Assembly: GCA_964016885.1 (NCBI GenBank)
Contig: OZ024743.1
Span: forward strand, 221,588,001 to 221,652,000
DNA: 64,000 bases
Reading direction: 5' to 3'
Source of the DNA: Eledone cirrhosa
Taxonomy: Eukaryota
Positions 1-11,999 of this stretch are shown one piece after another. The notes under the pieces were generated by a model. The model made no database searches. It saw only the letters and a program-made list of their open reading frames with translations, and was not told the DNA's origin. The number at the start of each line of letters is the position of its first letter. Position 1 is the stretch's first letter. Position numbers and translations under genes: made by a program.

Positions 1-122
1 GGAAGTTGTCCATTGGTCCTGGGCCGAAAGTCCTACCGAACAGGCTGGCCAGTTCGTCTTCTTCCATGTCCAGCGACTCTCCAAGGGTGTCATCGCCCCT
101 GCTAGCCACCAGCCCTCTATAG
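1..122 (-). mobile_element. 5'-truncated end of a second Tx1-type LINE copy (continues left of the window)
   Basis: Aligns by eye to 4725-4847 of the larger element with scattered substitutions. It ends at ctctataga and runs directly into (GATA)n. Confidence 0.85.
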
Positions 123-298
123 ATAGATAGATAGATAGATGCATACATACATACATACATACATACATACATACATACAAACATACATACATGCATGCTT
201 GCATGTATGCATAGAAAGATATTTACATGCACACATGCATAGAAAAATAGATAGATAGATAAATAGCTAGATAGACAGACAGACAAACAGACAAACAT

Positions 299-351
<53 letters not shown>

Positions 352-467
352 CAGATGTGTACTGATACCCAATTTTTCCGTTCAGTGGGTTTATACGCCC
401 CATTATTAGTCTATTTTATTTAGTAAAATCTTACGGCGGAACCTTCTATTTCTATTTCAATAGTCAA

Positions 468-650
468 TAATTGTTTCTACTTTTGGCACAAGGCCAGCAA
501 TTACTCAGTACATTACTGGTACTTTATTTTATCGACCCTGTAGGGATGAAAGGCAAAGTTAACCTTGGAGGGATTTGAACTCAGTCCGTAAAGGGACGTA
601 ACTCTATGCTAGAAAGCATGGCGTCCGACCCTCTACTGATACTGCCTAAT
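468..650 (-). mobile_element. tRNA-derived SINE (family A, Nin/Deu-like core)
   Basis: Reverse complement of the 52018-52207 copy, with box B GTTCAAATCC, core GCCTTTCATCC..GGGTCGATAAAATAAAGTACC and tail GCCTTGTGCCAAAAGTAGAAACAATTAT. Confidence 0.85.
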
Positions 651-984
651 AGTAATGTATGTATAAACGTTCAGAAATTCCGATGTGTTAACGTATTCTA
701 ATATCATGAGAAAAAAGTGCATTGAACATCTTCATTGTAAAAAATGGAGAATGGTTAGATTTTCGTTGTGAAATTCTACCGATTACTTTTGCTATTGAGA
801 TATGCAAAGTAAAGAAGAAAATGTACTGAAATTATCTTTCCCAGATAGAAGTCGAATGTTCACATGTACTTCGTAGAACGTTTTTATGTGTTTTGGTGTA
901 ATGTTAAAGAAAACGGGGATCAGTTGAGGGGAAATGTATCGTAATGTTGTATGAGATGCGAGTTTGATTTTTGTTGTGGACGGA

Positions 985-1905
985 TAGCACGAGGCCCTTG
1001 ACGACGTCCATAATATCATTGATATAAATTATGAAGAGAAGTGGGCCCAACACAGTGCTTTGTGGAACGCCACTACTGACTTTGGCTGAGCTTGATTGTA
1101 CTCCTTCAATTACAACATGCTGGGCTTTGTTTGAGAAGAAACACTTGAACCGTTGTAGCAACTTTCTAGGGAACCAAATTTTGCATAGTTCTTTTTAATA
1201 GGATGTTGTGATCAACCCTGTCGAAGGCGTTGCTAAAATCGTTATAGGACATCACTTTTGGAGCCCTTTCCCAAAGCTCTTAAAATATCATCAAAGTGAT
1301 GCAGGAGCTGTGTTAGGAAGTCCATTCCCGTTACGGACCCATGCTGGTTGGAGTCGAGCAGATTATTCCTTTCTAGAAAGTGAGTTATTCGTAGTAATCT
1401 CACCACCCCCTCAAATAACTTAATGATATGAGAGGTGAGTAAGATCGGACGGTAATGCACTGCAAGGGGCATGTTTCCCCTTTTGAAACCTGGAACAACA
1501 GACTGGGACAGAAAGTGTTCAGGTATATAGCCAGCGTCCAGTGAGTTCCCCCACAGATTAGCAAGAGGAGATGCAAGTTGATGTTGAAAAACCTTCAGGA
1601 CACTAGCAGGGAATCTATCGGGGCCTACTGTTGGTTTGTATTTAATTTCGTTTATTGCCGCTAAGACATCAGGGATGCCAAACGTTATTTCAGATATAGT
1701 GTGGTGGGGATTAACATCACATACAGCCCAAATCAGCCATATCGGGATTGTTGAAAACAGAGCAGTATTGTGTCTGCAGTATCTCACCCGTGGTTTTAAA
1801 ATTGTCTTGGAGAGTGCCACTTTCATTAAACAGAGGGTCGACAGTGGAGACAATGTTTTATTCACAAATGAAAAGAACACTTCGGGATTGAGTTTGGTTT
1901 TCTCA
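985..1905 (-). pseudogene. Degenerate CR1/L2-group LINE reverse transcriptase fragment
   Basis: ORFs 1242-1880 and 904-1161 carry GPDRFPASVLK, YRPILLTSHIIKLFE, QHG and SGVPQSTVLGPLLFIIYINDI. The frame is broken around the DFSKAFD motif and stops before YADD. Confidence 0.85.
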
Positions 1906-2224
1906 AGGGATTATTATTGCCCCTCAGCTGTTCTTTGGTTATTGATGGTGGTCTTCTTGTACTGCTGGAGATTATATATTTTTTATTCGAGCAGTTCAAT
2001 AGCAGTCGCATGTATGTATTGTTGTTGGCAGGTATATATGCGCGCGCGCGCGCGTTTGTGTGTGAGAGCGCACGCTCGTGTGAGTGTGTGTGTATGTGTA
2101 TATATATTTATACCTGCCAACAACAATACATACATTCGACTGCTATTGGACTACTTACTGTGGTTACCCCCATATATATATATGTGTGTGTGCGTGAGTG
2201 TGTGTGTGTGTGCGCGTGCGTGTA

Positions 2225-2392
2225 TACCCGGTTCAATCGGGGGTAACCACAGTAAGTAAGGTACTCAATACATAGCAGAGTATAAATATTTAACATAGAA
2301 ATGGCGTCTACGGGACTAGAACTGTTTCATTCGAAGGAAATCGTCAGGAAAGCTTTCCTGGTGATTACTTTCGAATGAAACAGTTCTAGTCC
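2225..2392 (-). mobile_element. Short PLE-like fold-back element with degenerate hammerhead motif
   Basis: Palindrome 2313-2392 centred on AAGCTT. The minus strand reads CTGACGA-TTTCCTTCGAAT-GAAACAGTTC-TAG. A related copy lies at 11955-11999. Confidence 0.5.
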
Positions 2393-2408
2393 AGCATAAG
2401 CCACTTCC

Positions 2409-2454
<46 letters not shown>

Positions 2455-2872
2455 GTTGGTATGGTATCTGTGTCTCTATGCCCATATACCGGTGTATACT
2501 TTGAATATTCATATACGTATGTATGTGTTTGTGTATGTATGTATGTATGTGTTGTGGGTATAGGTATAAGGATTCGAGGATATGTTTTAATATGTATGTG
2601 TTTCCCAGTTGTTTCTTAATTAACTAATTGAAAAAACAAAACACCCTAATTAGAAAACTAGTAATTATCAAAAATATTGAAATCTTATTGTGTCGTTATG
2701 GACGTCTCTTTACAGCAGCAGCGACAGCAGACGCAGCTGATCTAATTACTGTGTAATATAGAATGTAGTGTAATATACAGTGCAATGTAAGTATAGTTCA
2801 GTGGTGAAGAAGTTCGTTTTTCCAGTCATGAGGTTCCAGTTTCCATCTCGCTGCATGGCAATCGATGAAATA

Positions 2873-3365
2873 TACGAGGGTGGGCTGTTTATGAAGGAGT
2901 GATGCTAGAGTTGTGAAATATTGCATGGATTAATTTCAATTCTTCCTATTAATAACTGCATTGTTTCTTTCCAGGGATATGTTGGAAAATAAACCTCATT
3001 TGGTGATTCCATGAGAGTATTTTAGTCAGCCTATGAATGTTTCAGCCTATGAATGTTTCAGCTTATGAATGTTTCAGCCTATGAATGTTTCAGCCTATGA
3101 ATGTTTCAGCCTATGAATGTTTCAGTCTATGAATGTTTCAGCCTATGAATGTTTCAGTATATGAATGTTTCAGCCTATGAATGTTTCAGTGTATGAATGT
3201 TTCAGCCTATGAATGTTTTAGCCTATGAGTGTTTCAGTCTATGAATGTTTCAGCCTATGAATGTTTCAGTCTGTGAATGTTTCAGCCTATGAATGTTTCA
3301 GCCTATGAATGTTTCAGTCTATGAATGTTTCAGCGTATGAAATTTTCAGCCGATTCTCTTGTAGC
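2873..3365. mobile_element. Mariner-type MITE carrying an internal 16-bp minisatellite
   Basis: Starts TACGAGGG and shares its internal sequence with 10355-10557 and 45454-45655. About 20 copies of CAGCCTATGAATGTTT lie at 3027-3350. Confidence 0.75.
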
Positions 3366-3625
3366 ATAATAGGCGGTCCTGTTGTGGAATTATGAGGTTT
3401 GTATCATTGCTGTCGTTCTTCTCTTACTCGTGAGAGCGAACAAGGGAGAGAGAGTGGGGCTGAGATATGTGGTAAAGTATTTGATTGATTGACATATATA
3501 TTATATTGAATAAGTGATTGAGATAGTAAAAGGGTGAATATGAGTGAGATACAAATAGAAATTTAGCTGGTTATAGTTCAACTAAGAGATAGATTTTTTT
3601 ATGTGTGTATATATCTATATCTATC

Positions 3626-3684
<59 letters not shown>

Positions 3685-3701
3685 GCGTGTATATATATAC
3701 G

Positions 3702-3738
<37 letters not shown>

Positions 3739-3759
3739 TTGTGTGTGTATATATATATA

Positions 3760-3812
<53 letters not shown>

Positions 3813-3945
3813 ATATATATATATATAGTGAGAGAGAGGAGGATCAGACCGATTGACGATTGATAGATGGATGCATAGATAGCCAGAAAAACAGAACAAC
3901 AGATGTATACATCAATAGAAAGACAGATAGATAGATAGATAGATA

Positions 3946-6900
3946 AGTTTCTTTTATTTGCCACTAGGGCATCAAAAGTGGGACAAGTACAAAGGGGGGA
4001 GTTTACACAAAAAGGCGTCCTCAATAAGGAGGAGGCAATAACAAAATATAAAAATAAAATAAGATATAACAAAAAATAAAATTTTTAACAAAATCCTCAA
4101 TAGAGAGGAGGCGCCTTGGGGGGTCGCACACACCCCCGAAAAAAGTGTGCAACCCTTTTCCTCAGGAGCACAGAGAGGGGGTGCTCCCTCGTTCCTTCCT
4201 CTTTTCCACCTACAGGCTTATGTAAAGAGAAGGCCCATTCACACGGGCCATTCTCGCCACTTTCACCCATCTTTCATAAAAACGACTGGGGTGCAGCACC
4301 TCTCTCTCCATCCTGATCCTTCTTCCGAAATGATATCGGAAGAAACGGACCAGTTGTTGGCCAGAGAGAAAGGTGCCTGACCTCAGTCCTTTCAGACGCG
4401 TCCACCATACAACCTCTTTCGCCATGGCTATTACGCACAGAAACACCGCCTCTGCTTCATCTTTGAAGGGGGGAGGCGGCTTGATCATTACAATAGACTC
4501 GGTGGTCAACCGGATCGGTCCCACCCTTGACAGCAGTTGTTCGACATAGCCCCACAGATCGGCTACGCCCGAGCAGTGTACCAATGCGTGTGCAACGGTT
4601 TCCTCGTCGCACACGCATCTGGGACAGATCTTTTTGGCGGGGTCCCTACCCGGGCGCCCGTGTCTGTAGAGCCTTTCTCGAACGGGTAAAGCCCCTCGGT
4701 AGCACTGCCAGGCCAGGGACTTCTGGAAGTTGTCCATAGGTCCCGGGCTGAATGTCCTACCGAACAGGCTGGCCAGTTCGTCCTCCTCCATGTCTAGGGC
4801 TTCTCCGAGGGCGTCGTCGCACCTGCTGCGTACCAGCCCTCTATAGAATGTTGCGGTGGAGTCTCCACTGACAACCGGATCCGCCTGCCAGAGGGCGGTG
4901 AGCGCCTGGGCACACTCAGTGTGCCAGGCGCCCAGTTTTCTCGGTCTTTGCTTGACCCAGGATTGCAGCTCGGTGAGTGAGACGAGTCTGGGAAAGGTTC
5001 GTCTCACAAACGAGGCCCACACCGGTTGTCCGGTGAGGAATACGTAGAGGTGCCGTAGCCTTAATGCGTGTTTACGCATCATTAGCCACGGCATCCCCAG
5101 CCCTCCTTTCGAAGGGTGTTGACAGCAGATGGATCTCCTCACCATAGGAGCCCGCCTCTTCCAAAGGAATTGGAAGAGCGCGCGCTCCATCTTGGTGAGG
5201 GTTTCCCTTGGGCAGGGCACTACGGTCAGGCGGTAGTAGATGACGGACGCTATATAAGTGTTCGCCACCTCCGCCCGACCTTTCAGGGATAGTTTGCAAC
5301 TGGCCCACTTCTGGGTCAGTGCAAACACCCTGTTCGTAACCTCCGCCCAATTTTTCTCCACCTGGAGGTCCGGTCCGAACCAGACCCCGAGCAACTTCAC
5401 CGGGCCCTCCGTCCAGCGTCCGACGACGCCATCGGAGGGCATCGGTCTGCCCCTCCACGTGCCGAGTTGCAAACCGATCGACTTGTCCCGGTTCAGCTTA
5501 GCCCCTGTGAACTTTTCGTACTCCTCCAGTAAGGTGCCGACCGCCTCGATTTCGGAGGCCGTCGACACCATTACTGTCACATCATCGGCGTAGGCTGACA
5601 CCGCTTTCCGCAATCCCGGTTCCAAAGGGATACCCTGCAACAACTCCAACTTCCGCAGTAGTGGCTCGAGAGTCAACACATACAGAAGGGAGGAGAGAGG
5701 GCACCCTTGTCGGATGGACCGCGCGATTTTGAACGGCTCCGAGAGGTAGCCGTTCACCTTGACCCTAGAGCAGATGCGGCTGCTGTGCATAGCAGTGATC
5801 CAGCCCCTGAAAACGGGTCCGAAGCCTGCCGCCGCTAGCACCGCATCCAGGTAACCATGGTCGACCCTATCGAACGCCTTAGATTGATCCAAGTTGATCA
5901 GAGCCCCACCAAAGCCGGGTTCGTTCCCAACCCTCTCTATGATGTATCGCATGAGGTGGAGGTTGTCATGGATGGACCTGGACGGGATAGCGCATGTCTG
6001 CGCATCTCCCACCAGGTTGCCCACGACAAGCGCCAACCTCTTTGCTAGCACCTTGGCCAAAATCTGTAACTCTGTATTTAGCAGAGTTATGGGCCTGAAG
6101 TTACTTATTTCGTCCCCCTTGTTCTCGTCCTTCCTCACTAGCGTGACTACGCCCTTGGTCACAGTACAGGGAATTCTCCCGTTCTGTTGCCAGTTGCAGT
6201 AGACCGCCTCGAGGAGATCGGGGAACAAGTCCGGCATAGCTAGATATAATTCGTAAGGAAGACCATCGAGACCCGGGGATTTGCGTTTGCCGCATTGGCT
6301 CAGCACGTCCTCTATCTCAGCGGCCGAAATCGGCTCCTCGCAGGACTTCGCCTCCCTGTCCGAGAGGCGCGGCAGGCCGTCGAGGTATGGACCGAAGTCC
6401 ACGTTCCCAACCGGCTCCCCGCCCCTCCCGAACAGTCGGGCAAAGTGCCTTTGAAAGGCCTCACACATCTGCTTAGGCTCAAGAATCGCCCATCCATCCA
6501 GGTCTCGCAAAGACCGGATGGTGGATTTAGTTCCACTGTTGGCCTCTGTCACGCGGGCCCAGCTAACAGCTTTGGCCCCCTCGTTCCCTAGAGCACGTAT
6601 TTTACTTCGGACAACGCAGCCTTCGTGCTTCGCGTCGAAAAACTGGCTCAAAGCCGTTCTCGACGCTAGCACTCTGGCCACGTCGCCGCTTCTAATTGCC
6701 TCTTCTACTCTATCTATTAGCTCCCTTTCCTTCCTATTCCTATCCGCAGCTAGAACCTTACTAAATTCAATCGAGACTACTCTAATCTCTCTCTTTAGAG
6801 ATACCCACCACCTGCTGTTGACGATCGCTCCAGTCAACCGTTCCTTAACTAACGTACTAATCCGATTCCTGTAGGCTCTACTTGCCGGCAAGGACAAGTT

Positions 6901-7191
6901 GAGCTTCCAGTAACCGGGGCCCTGTCTATGCGTTTTATCAAGGTTGACCATGCAGGTCACCAACTTGTGGTCTGAATAGCCAACCATGAGCATTTCTGGA
7001 CAACTTAAAAAGTCCCTGTCCTTATTTCTAACTAAAAATCTATCTAGGTACGATCTAGATGATCCGCTGCGATTTGACCAAGACCAGGTTGGCACCGTCG
7101 GAAAATCTAGTCGAAATCTATCGGCCAGGTCAAATCGGCCGAGTAACCCCTTGAGGCTGTTGCACCCCTCTCTATCGGGACATGCCCCTGC

Positions 7192-7192
<1 letters not shown>
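3946..7192 (-). mobile_element. 5'-truncated Tx1/L1-clade non-LTR retrotransposon flanked by (GATA)n on both sides
   Basis: GC-rich block containing ORF2. The 3' UTR ends AATAAAagaaact-(TATC)n on the minus strand, and the 5' junction also abuts (TATC)n. Confidence 0.92.
4210..7095 (-). CDS. LINE ORF2: C-terminal APE endonuclease part, reverse transcriptase and CCHC zinc motif (N-terminally truncated)
   Basis: 961-aa uninterrupted ORF with YLDRFLV/SDHKLV, GPGYWKLN, KSPGLDGLPYE, FRPITLLN, LDQSKAFDRVDH, RQGCPLS, YADD and CPRC..EETVAHALVHC. Confidence 0.95.
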   Translation of the reverse strand: MPTWSWSNRSGSSRSYLDRFLVRNKDRDFLSCPEMLMVGYSDHKLVTCMVNLDKTHRQGPGYWKLNLSLPASRAYRNRISTLVKERLTGAIVNSRWWVSLKREIRVVSIEFSKVLAADRNRKERELIDRVEEAIRSGDVARVLASRTALSQFFDAKHEGCVVRSKIRALGNEGAKAVSWARVTEANSGTKSTIRSLRDLDGWAILEPKQMCEAFQRHFARLFGRGGEPVGNVDFGPYLDGLPRLSDREAKSCEEPISAAEIEDVLSQCGKRKSPGLDGLPYELYLAMPDLFPDLLEAVYCNWQQNGRIPCTVTKGVVTLVRKDENKGDEISNFRPITLLNTELQILAKVLAKRLALVVGNLVGDAQTCAIPSRSIHDNLHLMRYIIERVGNEPGFGGALINLDQSKAFDRVDHGYLDAVLAAAGFGPVFRGWITAMHSSRICSRVKVNGYLSEPFKIARSIRQGCPLSSLLYVLTLEPLLRKLELLQGIPLEPGLRKAVSAYADDVTVMVSTASEIEAVGTLLEEYEKFTGAKLNRDKSIGLQLGTWRGRPMPSDGVVGRWTEGPVKLLGVWFGPDLQVEKNWAEVTNRVFALTQKWASCKLSLKGRAEVANTYIASVIYYRLTVVPCPRETLTKMERALFQFLWKRRAPMVRRSICCQHPSKGGLGMPWLMMRKHALRLRHLYVFLTGQPVWASFVRRTFPRLVSLTELQSWVKQRPRKLGAWHTECAQALTALWQADPVVSGDSTATFYRGLVRSRCDDALGEALDMEEDELASLFGRTFSPGPMDNFQKSLAWQCYRGALPVRERLYRHGRPGRDPAKKICPRCVCDEETVAHALVHCSGVADLWGYVEQLLSRVGPIRLTTESIVMIKPPPPFKDEAEAVFLCVIAMAKEVVWWTRLKGLRSGTFLSGQQLVRFFRYHFGRRIRMEREVLHPSRFYERWVKVARMARVNGPSLYISL

Positions 7193-7238
<46 letters not shown>

Positions 7239-7239
7239 A

Positions 7240-7312
<73 letters not shown>
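7193..7312. repeat. (GATA)n microsatellite
   Basis: Read directly from the sequence. Confidence 0.95.
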
Positions 7313-9331
7313 CTGTTTTTTGTGTTTGTGTGTGTGTGTTTATTTCTCCCAGAAGTGAATGTTAATTTTCGGTGAAGGTAGATTCTTTAATGTTGACACG
7401 ATGTCTCACGTTTACAGAGGAAGAGAAAGAAAGAAGAATATTCCATGATTCGTGCCTTACACAATGCTTTAAATCAACATCAGTGAAGCGATACCCATTG
7501 CTTTATTTTCAAAACTTTTAATACTCCAGAGTAGTTTTGTGCAGGGGGTTTCTATAGCGTTTACTTGATTCTTTATCTAAAATTCTACTGCTCATTTATG
7601 GGGGTCTCATCGTTTATCTAGCAGGGAGGGAAGAAAAGTGGGTTAGTGAAAGGTGGAGAAATGGATGGGTTAAGAGAACAGCTCTGAATAAAACAGCAAT
7701 CAATCAGAGTGGTATTCCATATAAAGTAGTCATACATTAACATCGATGTATCAAAGTGATGTTTTGTATTTTTTTTTTTTTAAATTGCTCTTACTCTTTC
7801 TGTTTCGTAATGGCCACAATGTCACGCTGATACATCTTAACAGAAGCAATGTCACGCTGACAGTGTCACAAAGCTCAAAAAAAAAAAACTCCCTCTGATA
7901 GGTCATGACATTATACCAACTGTCTGGTAATACAATAGACCCCAAAAAAATCAGATTATATATTGTCGATTTCTTTTGAATAGGCAAAAGGCCAATGTAT
8001 TTTTGTTGGTTTACTTGTTTATTATTCTTGTATTCTTTAACTGCTTCGTGGTTTTATTGTTTTTTTAAGGAATGTTTATAAGTCGTTGAACTTGGACAGC
8101 GAATTAGTTAGGAATGAGATTAAAGTATTTCGCGGTATTTATTCCGGTTTTCTGCGATCTGAGTTCTATACTTGTCGAAATCAAATTTGCCTCTCATTCT
8201 TTCGAAGATCAATAAATAAGTTAAATAAATAAAGTACCAGTCCGGGAAGGAGGATTAGTAGAATTGCTAGAAGGTCTTGTGGTATCTCTTACGGTCATGT
8301 GCCTTCTGAATTCGCCTGTGGCGTCACTTGTGTCAAGCTGTACTGAAGGTTGCCTTTCTCTACAACATTATTGGCGTAGAGAGACTTAGGCAACTTTTCG
8401 TCATCCTCAAAAGCACCTTGTGAAGGGCATGGAGAAGAACTTCCCAAATGCAAACACATAGTTAGTTATGACCATCGAGGACTATAGAAGTCATTGCACA
8501 TCATTTAAGGGTGACAGCGCCTGCAGTGAAATATTTATATCAACCTCTGTAATTTGACAGTGGTATTTTTAGTCGATCTCTATTTATTGAATTAGTAACA
8601 TATTTGTTTCACTGTTACCTCCCTTACATGACGTGAATAGCTTTAAAATATTTACACCGGTATGCACCAAAACCGGCATACACGCAAACACATATACACT
8701 ATTATAAAATTTATATAATATATGAATGTGTGTGCGTGCGTATGTTTGTGTGTATGTGTGTATATGTGTGCATTTTACGATTCTATATGTAACACTAGAA
8801 ACTTTGAGATCTCGAATCCCAAAGTATCATGCCGATGTTACTTATCGTAATATCTGTAAATATAAATTAGTTATTGTGTAACCAGCATCATCAGGTGTTA
8901 AACTGTACACAAATGTGTACTGAAAACCCTGTGTCAACTGAAATAATTACACCGTACACTAAACCATATTTTCTGATAATGACTCAATGGTCGTGTAAAA
9001 AAGTGCGTGGCTTTGTGGTTAACGTGTTCGGTTCGTGATCGTATGATCGCGAGTTTTATTCCCGATAGTGCATTGTGTTCTCCAGAAGGTGAGTGGGGGA
9101 TAATTTACTGCTCTTTCTAGCACTCGGGCCCTGTCTGTTCGTCTGTTATGCTATCTATATATACAGAGTGAAACACTACTTCAGCTCTCACTCAATCCAC
9201 CTCCCCCTATCTCTAACTAACTAAAACGTAATGTGTGTATTTCTGTGTGTGTATGTGTTTCTGTATTTCTGTCTAAGTGTGTGTTTCGTTATGTCCAACA
9301 ATGCAATACAGACTTAAACAAGACTTTCACT

Positions 9332-9505
9332 ATAATTGTTTCTACTTTTGGCACAAGGCCAGCAATTACTTTATTTTATCGACCCCGCAAGGATAAAAGG
9401 CAAAGTTAACCTCGGCGGGATTTGAACACAGAATGGCAAGGGCCGTAACTCTATGCGTCAAAGCAAGGCGTCCGACCCTCTACCGGTACTGCCAATCCAC
9501 CGCCT
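9332..9505 (-). mobile_element. SINE family A
   Basis: Same head, core and tail as 52018-52207, with a small internal deletion. Confidence 0.85.
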
Positions 9506-9659
9506 TTCACTATAAGACTTTCACTATAATGACAGGCGATTGTTGTTGTTGTTGTTACTATTCTGTCTCACTCGCTAACGACTCCTTTTTCCGAAAACGG
9601 AGGGAAGGCACACTTGGAATTACAGATAAGCACCTCTCAGCTTTTTTAATTTATAGAAA

Positions 9660-10303
9660 TAAATAAGATTTCAAATTCCTTGCTAAAAAGGATGTTTTGA
9701 CCTATTATCATTTTCCACTGTTGCAAGCGTTGTAAATCAAGTGTTCCCCACTTTTTAAATCCACAATTCCAACGAAGACTGTCTGTGTGAAAGAGCAATC
9801 CTTCACTGGATGTGGTAAGGGAGACATCGTATTTATACATAGAATACCGCTTATCTAACAGATATTCCCTTTCGTTTTAAACGATTGCAATTCCCATTAA
9901 GAGTCCGTTACGCAAGTCCCAAGGTCAAACACTGCAGGCTGTCAGTCTCCATCTAGAAGAGAGTTGTTTCTCATATGATAAATTGTATGTAGGTTGCTCC
10001 AGAGTTGGAAAACCCCGCAAACTCTTCATTTATGCTCCAAAGAAAAAAGTTAACAACACTGTATTTACTGAAGTTCTGTAAATGTTTTATAATTTTCGTA
10101 AAATACATTTTTCTATTATTTTCTTTATTACTTTCTGCATTTAGATATTCTATATAATTTTTTTTACATTATGTTATACAATGTGTAGATACCTTTTAAC
10201 ATCTTTTATTTCGAAGGAAATTGGCATTACGATAAATGTCAATAGGCTGCTTATAAACATATTTGAGCACAGTACACACCGGGGTTAAAGCCGGGAACCG
10301 TTA

Positions 10304-10305
<2 letters not shown>
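9660..10305 (+). mobile_element. Helitron relic: Pif1-type helicase C-terminus plus 3' hairpin end
   Basis: Manual translation across frameshifts gives LCERAIL, TGCGKGDIVFIHRIPL, TDIPFRFKRLQFPLRV, KSQGQTL and CFSYDKLYVGCSRVG. The 3' end ccggggttaaagccgggaaccgTTAGt resembles the Helitron hairpin+CTAG terminus. The left boundary is uncertain. Confidence 0.85.
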
Positions 10306-10337
<32 letters not shown>

Positions 10338-10354
10338 CTACATACACACACACA

Positions 10355-10557
10355 TATGAGGGTCGGCTGAAAAGTTCATTTGCTGACTATGATGGAGTGA
10401 TGCTAGCGCTGTGAAATCTAGCATGTATTAATTTCAACTCTTCTTATTTATAACTGCATTGTTTCTTTCCGGGGAATATATTGAAAATTAAACCTCATTT
10501 AGTCATTCCATGAGAGTATCTTGGTCAGTGTATGAACCTTTCAGCCGACACCCACAT
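10355..10557. mobile_element. Mariner-type MITE
   Basis: TIRs GGGTCGGCTGAAAAGTTC / GAACCTTTCAGCCGACACCC with TA flanks. Three copies occur in the window. Confidence 0.75.
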
Positions 10558-10561
10558 ATAA

Positions 10562-10637
<76 letters not shown>

Positions 10638-10740
10638 TCCCGTAACACCTAATAGTGTCGTAGTGGCAGTGTATCGACATACGGTGTTTCTTGGGCATTT
10701 TAAGCCTGTCGCAGCCCATCCCTCTCCAGGCCTATATATG

Positions 10741-10830
<90 letters not shown>

Positions 10831-11678
10831 TGTGATTGTGTGAGTGTGTGTGTTTATATAAAGTCTCATGCCAATATAACTATCACATGAGTAATATCCA
10901 AAATTGTGTGTAAAACAAATTCTCTCCCAGGGGTGGAGAGATTAAGTGTAACATGAGAAATGTCACACTTGTTTAACTTGACCTAATAAAGTCAATAAAG
11001 TAAAACTAAAATTAAAATAAATCTAACTGTGTTAGATTGTCTACAAGAGGAAGTATCTTATGTTTCAAGTAGAACACTTGGTTATTTTAATGATTCTTGA
11101 TGATGACACAATTTCCAATTGTCAGATTCTAGTACAGCCACATTGGATGTAGTAAATTCCTTAATATGAATGTGAAGTTTACATCAGATAAATATCTAAC
11201 ACTGTGTATAGTCATTACGCTCGCTAATGACACCATTTACAGAGGTTATATTCTAATACAATCCCAATGACACCATTAACAGAGGGTATATTCTAATACA
11301 GTCTCATTTCGTCAAGATAGAAACATATTTCTAATTGTTATGAGCGGTAAATTGACAGTGTGGTTAGGGGCGCCGAATGACATGATTTCCAGTTGTTATC
11401 TATTTTAATGATGGATCTTGCGTGGGTTTCGTCGATGAGAATCAGTCGTTCGATCAACTGAACGTCCGACTCGTGAAATTAACGTGTAAATATTTGTACA
11501 TTCCGTACACAGACACATATACCCTTAACGAAATCTCCTGGCCGACTCAGCTAGACACATGTAAATTACAGATATAATCCCATCCGATAGACTTTCGTAG
11601 TTTCCATCAATCTAATTTCAACGCTTGGATCGACTCATGGGTTTGGCAAAAACACTTACTGAGCATGCAACAGGACAT

Positions 11679-11870
11679 CGGTGGATTGGCAGTATCGGAA
11701 GGGGGGTCTGACGCCATGTTTTGCAGCAAAAGGTTATGGCCCTTTATGGTCTGAGTTCAGATCCCGCCGAGGTTAACTTTGCATTTCATCCTTACGGGGT
11801 CGATAAAATAAAGTACCAGTAATATACTGGGATAATTGCTGGCCTTGTGCCAAAAGTAGATACAATAATT
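11679..11870 (+). mobile_element. SINE family A
   Basis: GGTGGATTGGCAGTATCGG head followed by the family core and tail. Confidence 0.85.
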
Positions 11871-11962
11871 ACAAAGCGAACATCAGCCATGCTTGCGTAT
11901 TACACACACACACAATATATATATATATAGAGAGAGAGAGGGGGGGATATGACTTCTACGGG

Positions 11963-11999
11963 ACTAGAACTGTTTCATTCGTGTGAAATCATCAGTAAT
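11963..11999 (-). ncRNA. Putative minimal hammerhead ribozyme (imperfect stem III)
   Basis: ATTA-CTGATGA-TTTCACACGAAT-GAAA-CAGTTC-TAGT, with stem I ATTA/TAGT. Confidence 0.45.

Noticed and set aside
3027-3350. CRISPR or iteron-like repeats
   Set aside because: Direct 16-bp tandem with no spacers, explained by MITE slippage.
10645-10735. HHR-like CTGGAGA...GAAACACCGTA on the minus strand between (TA)n tracts
   Set aside because: The core is mutated and there is no stem I. It may be a decayed PLE end, but this is not supportable.
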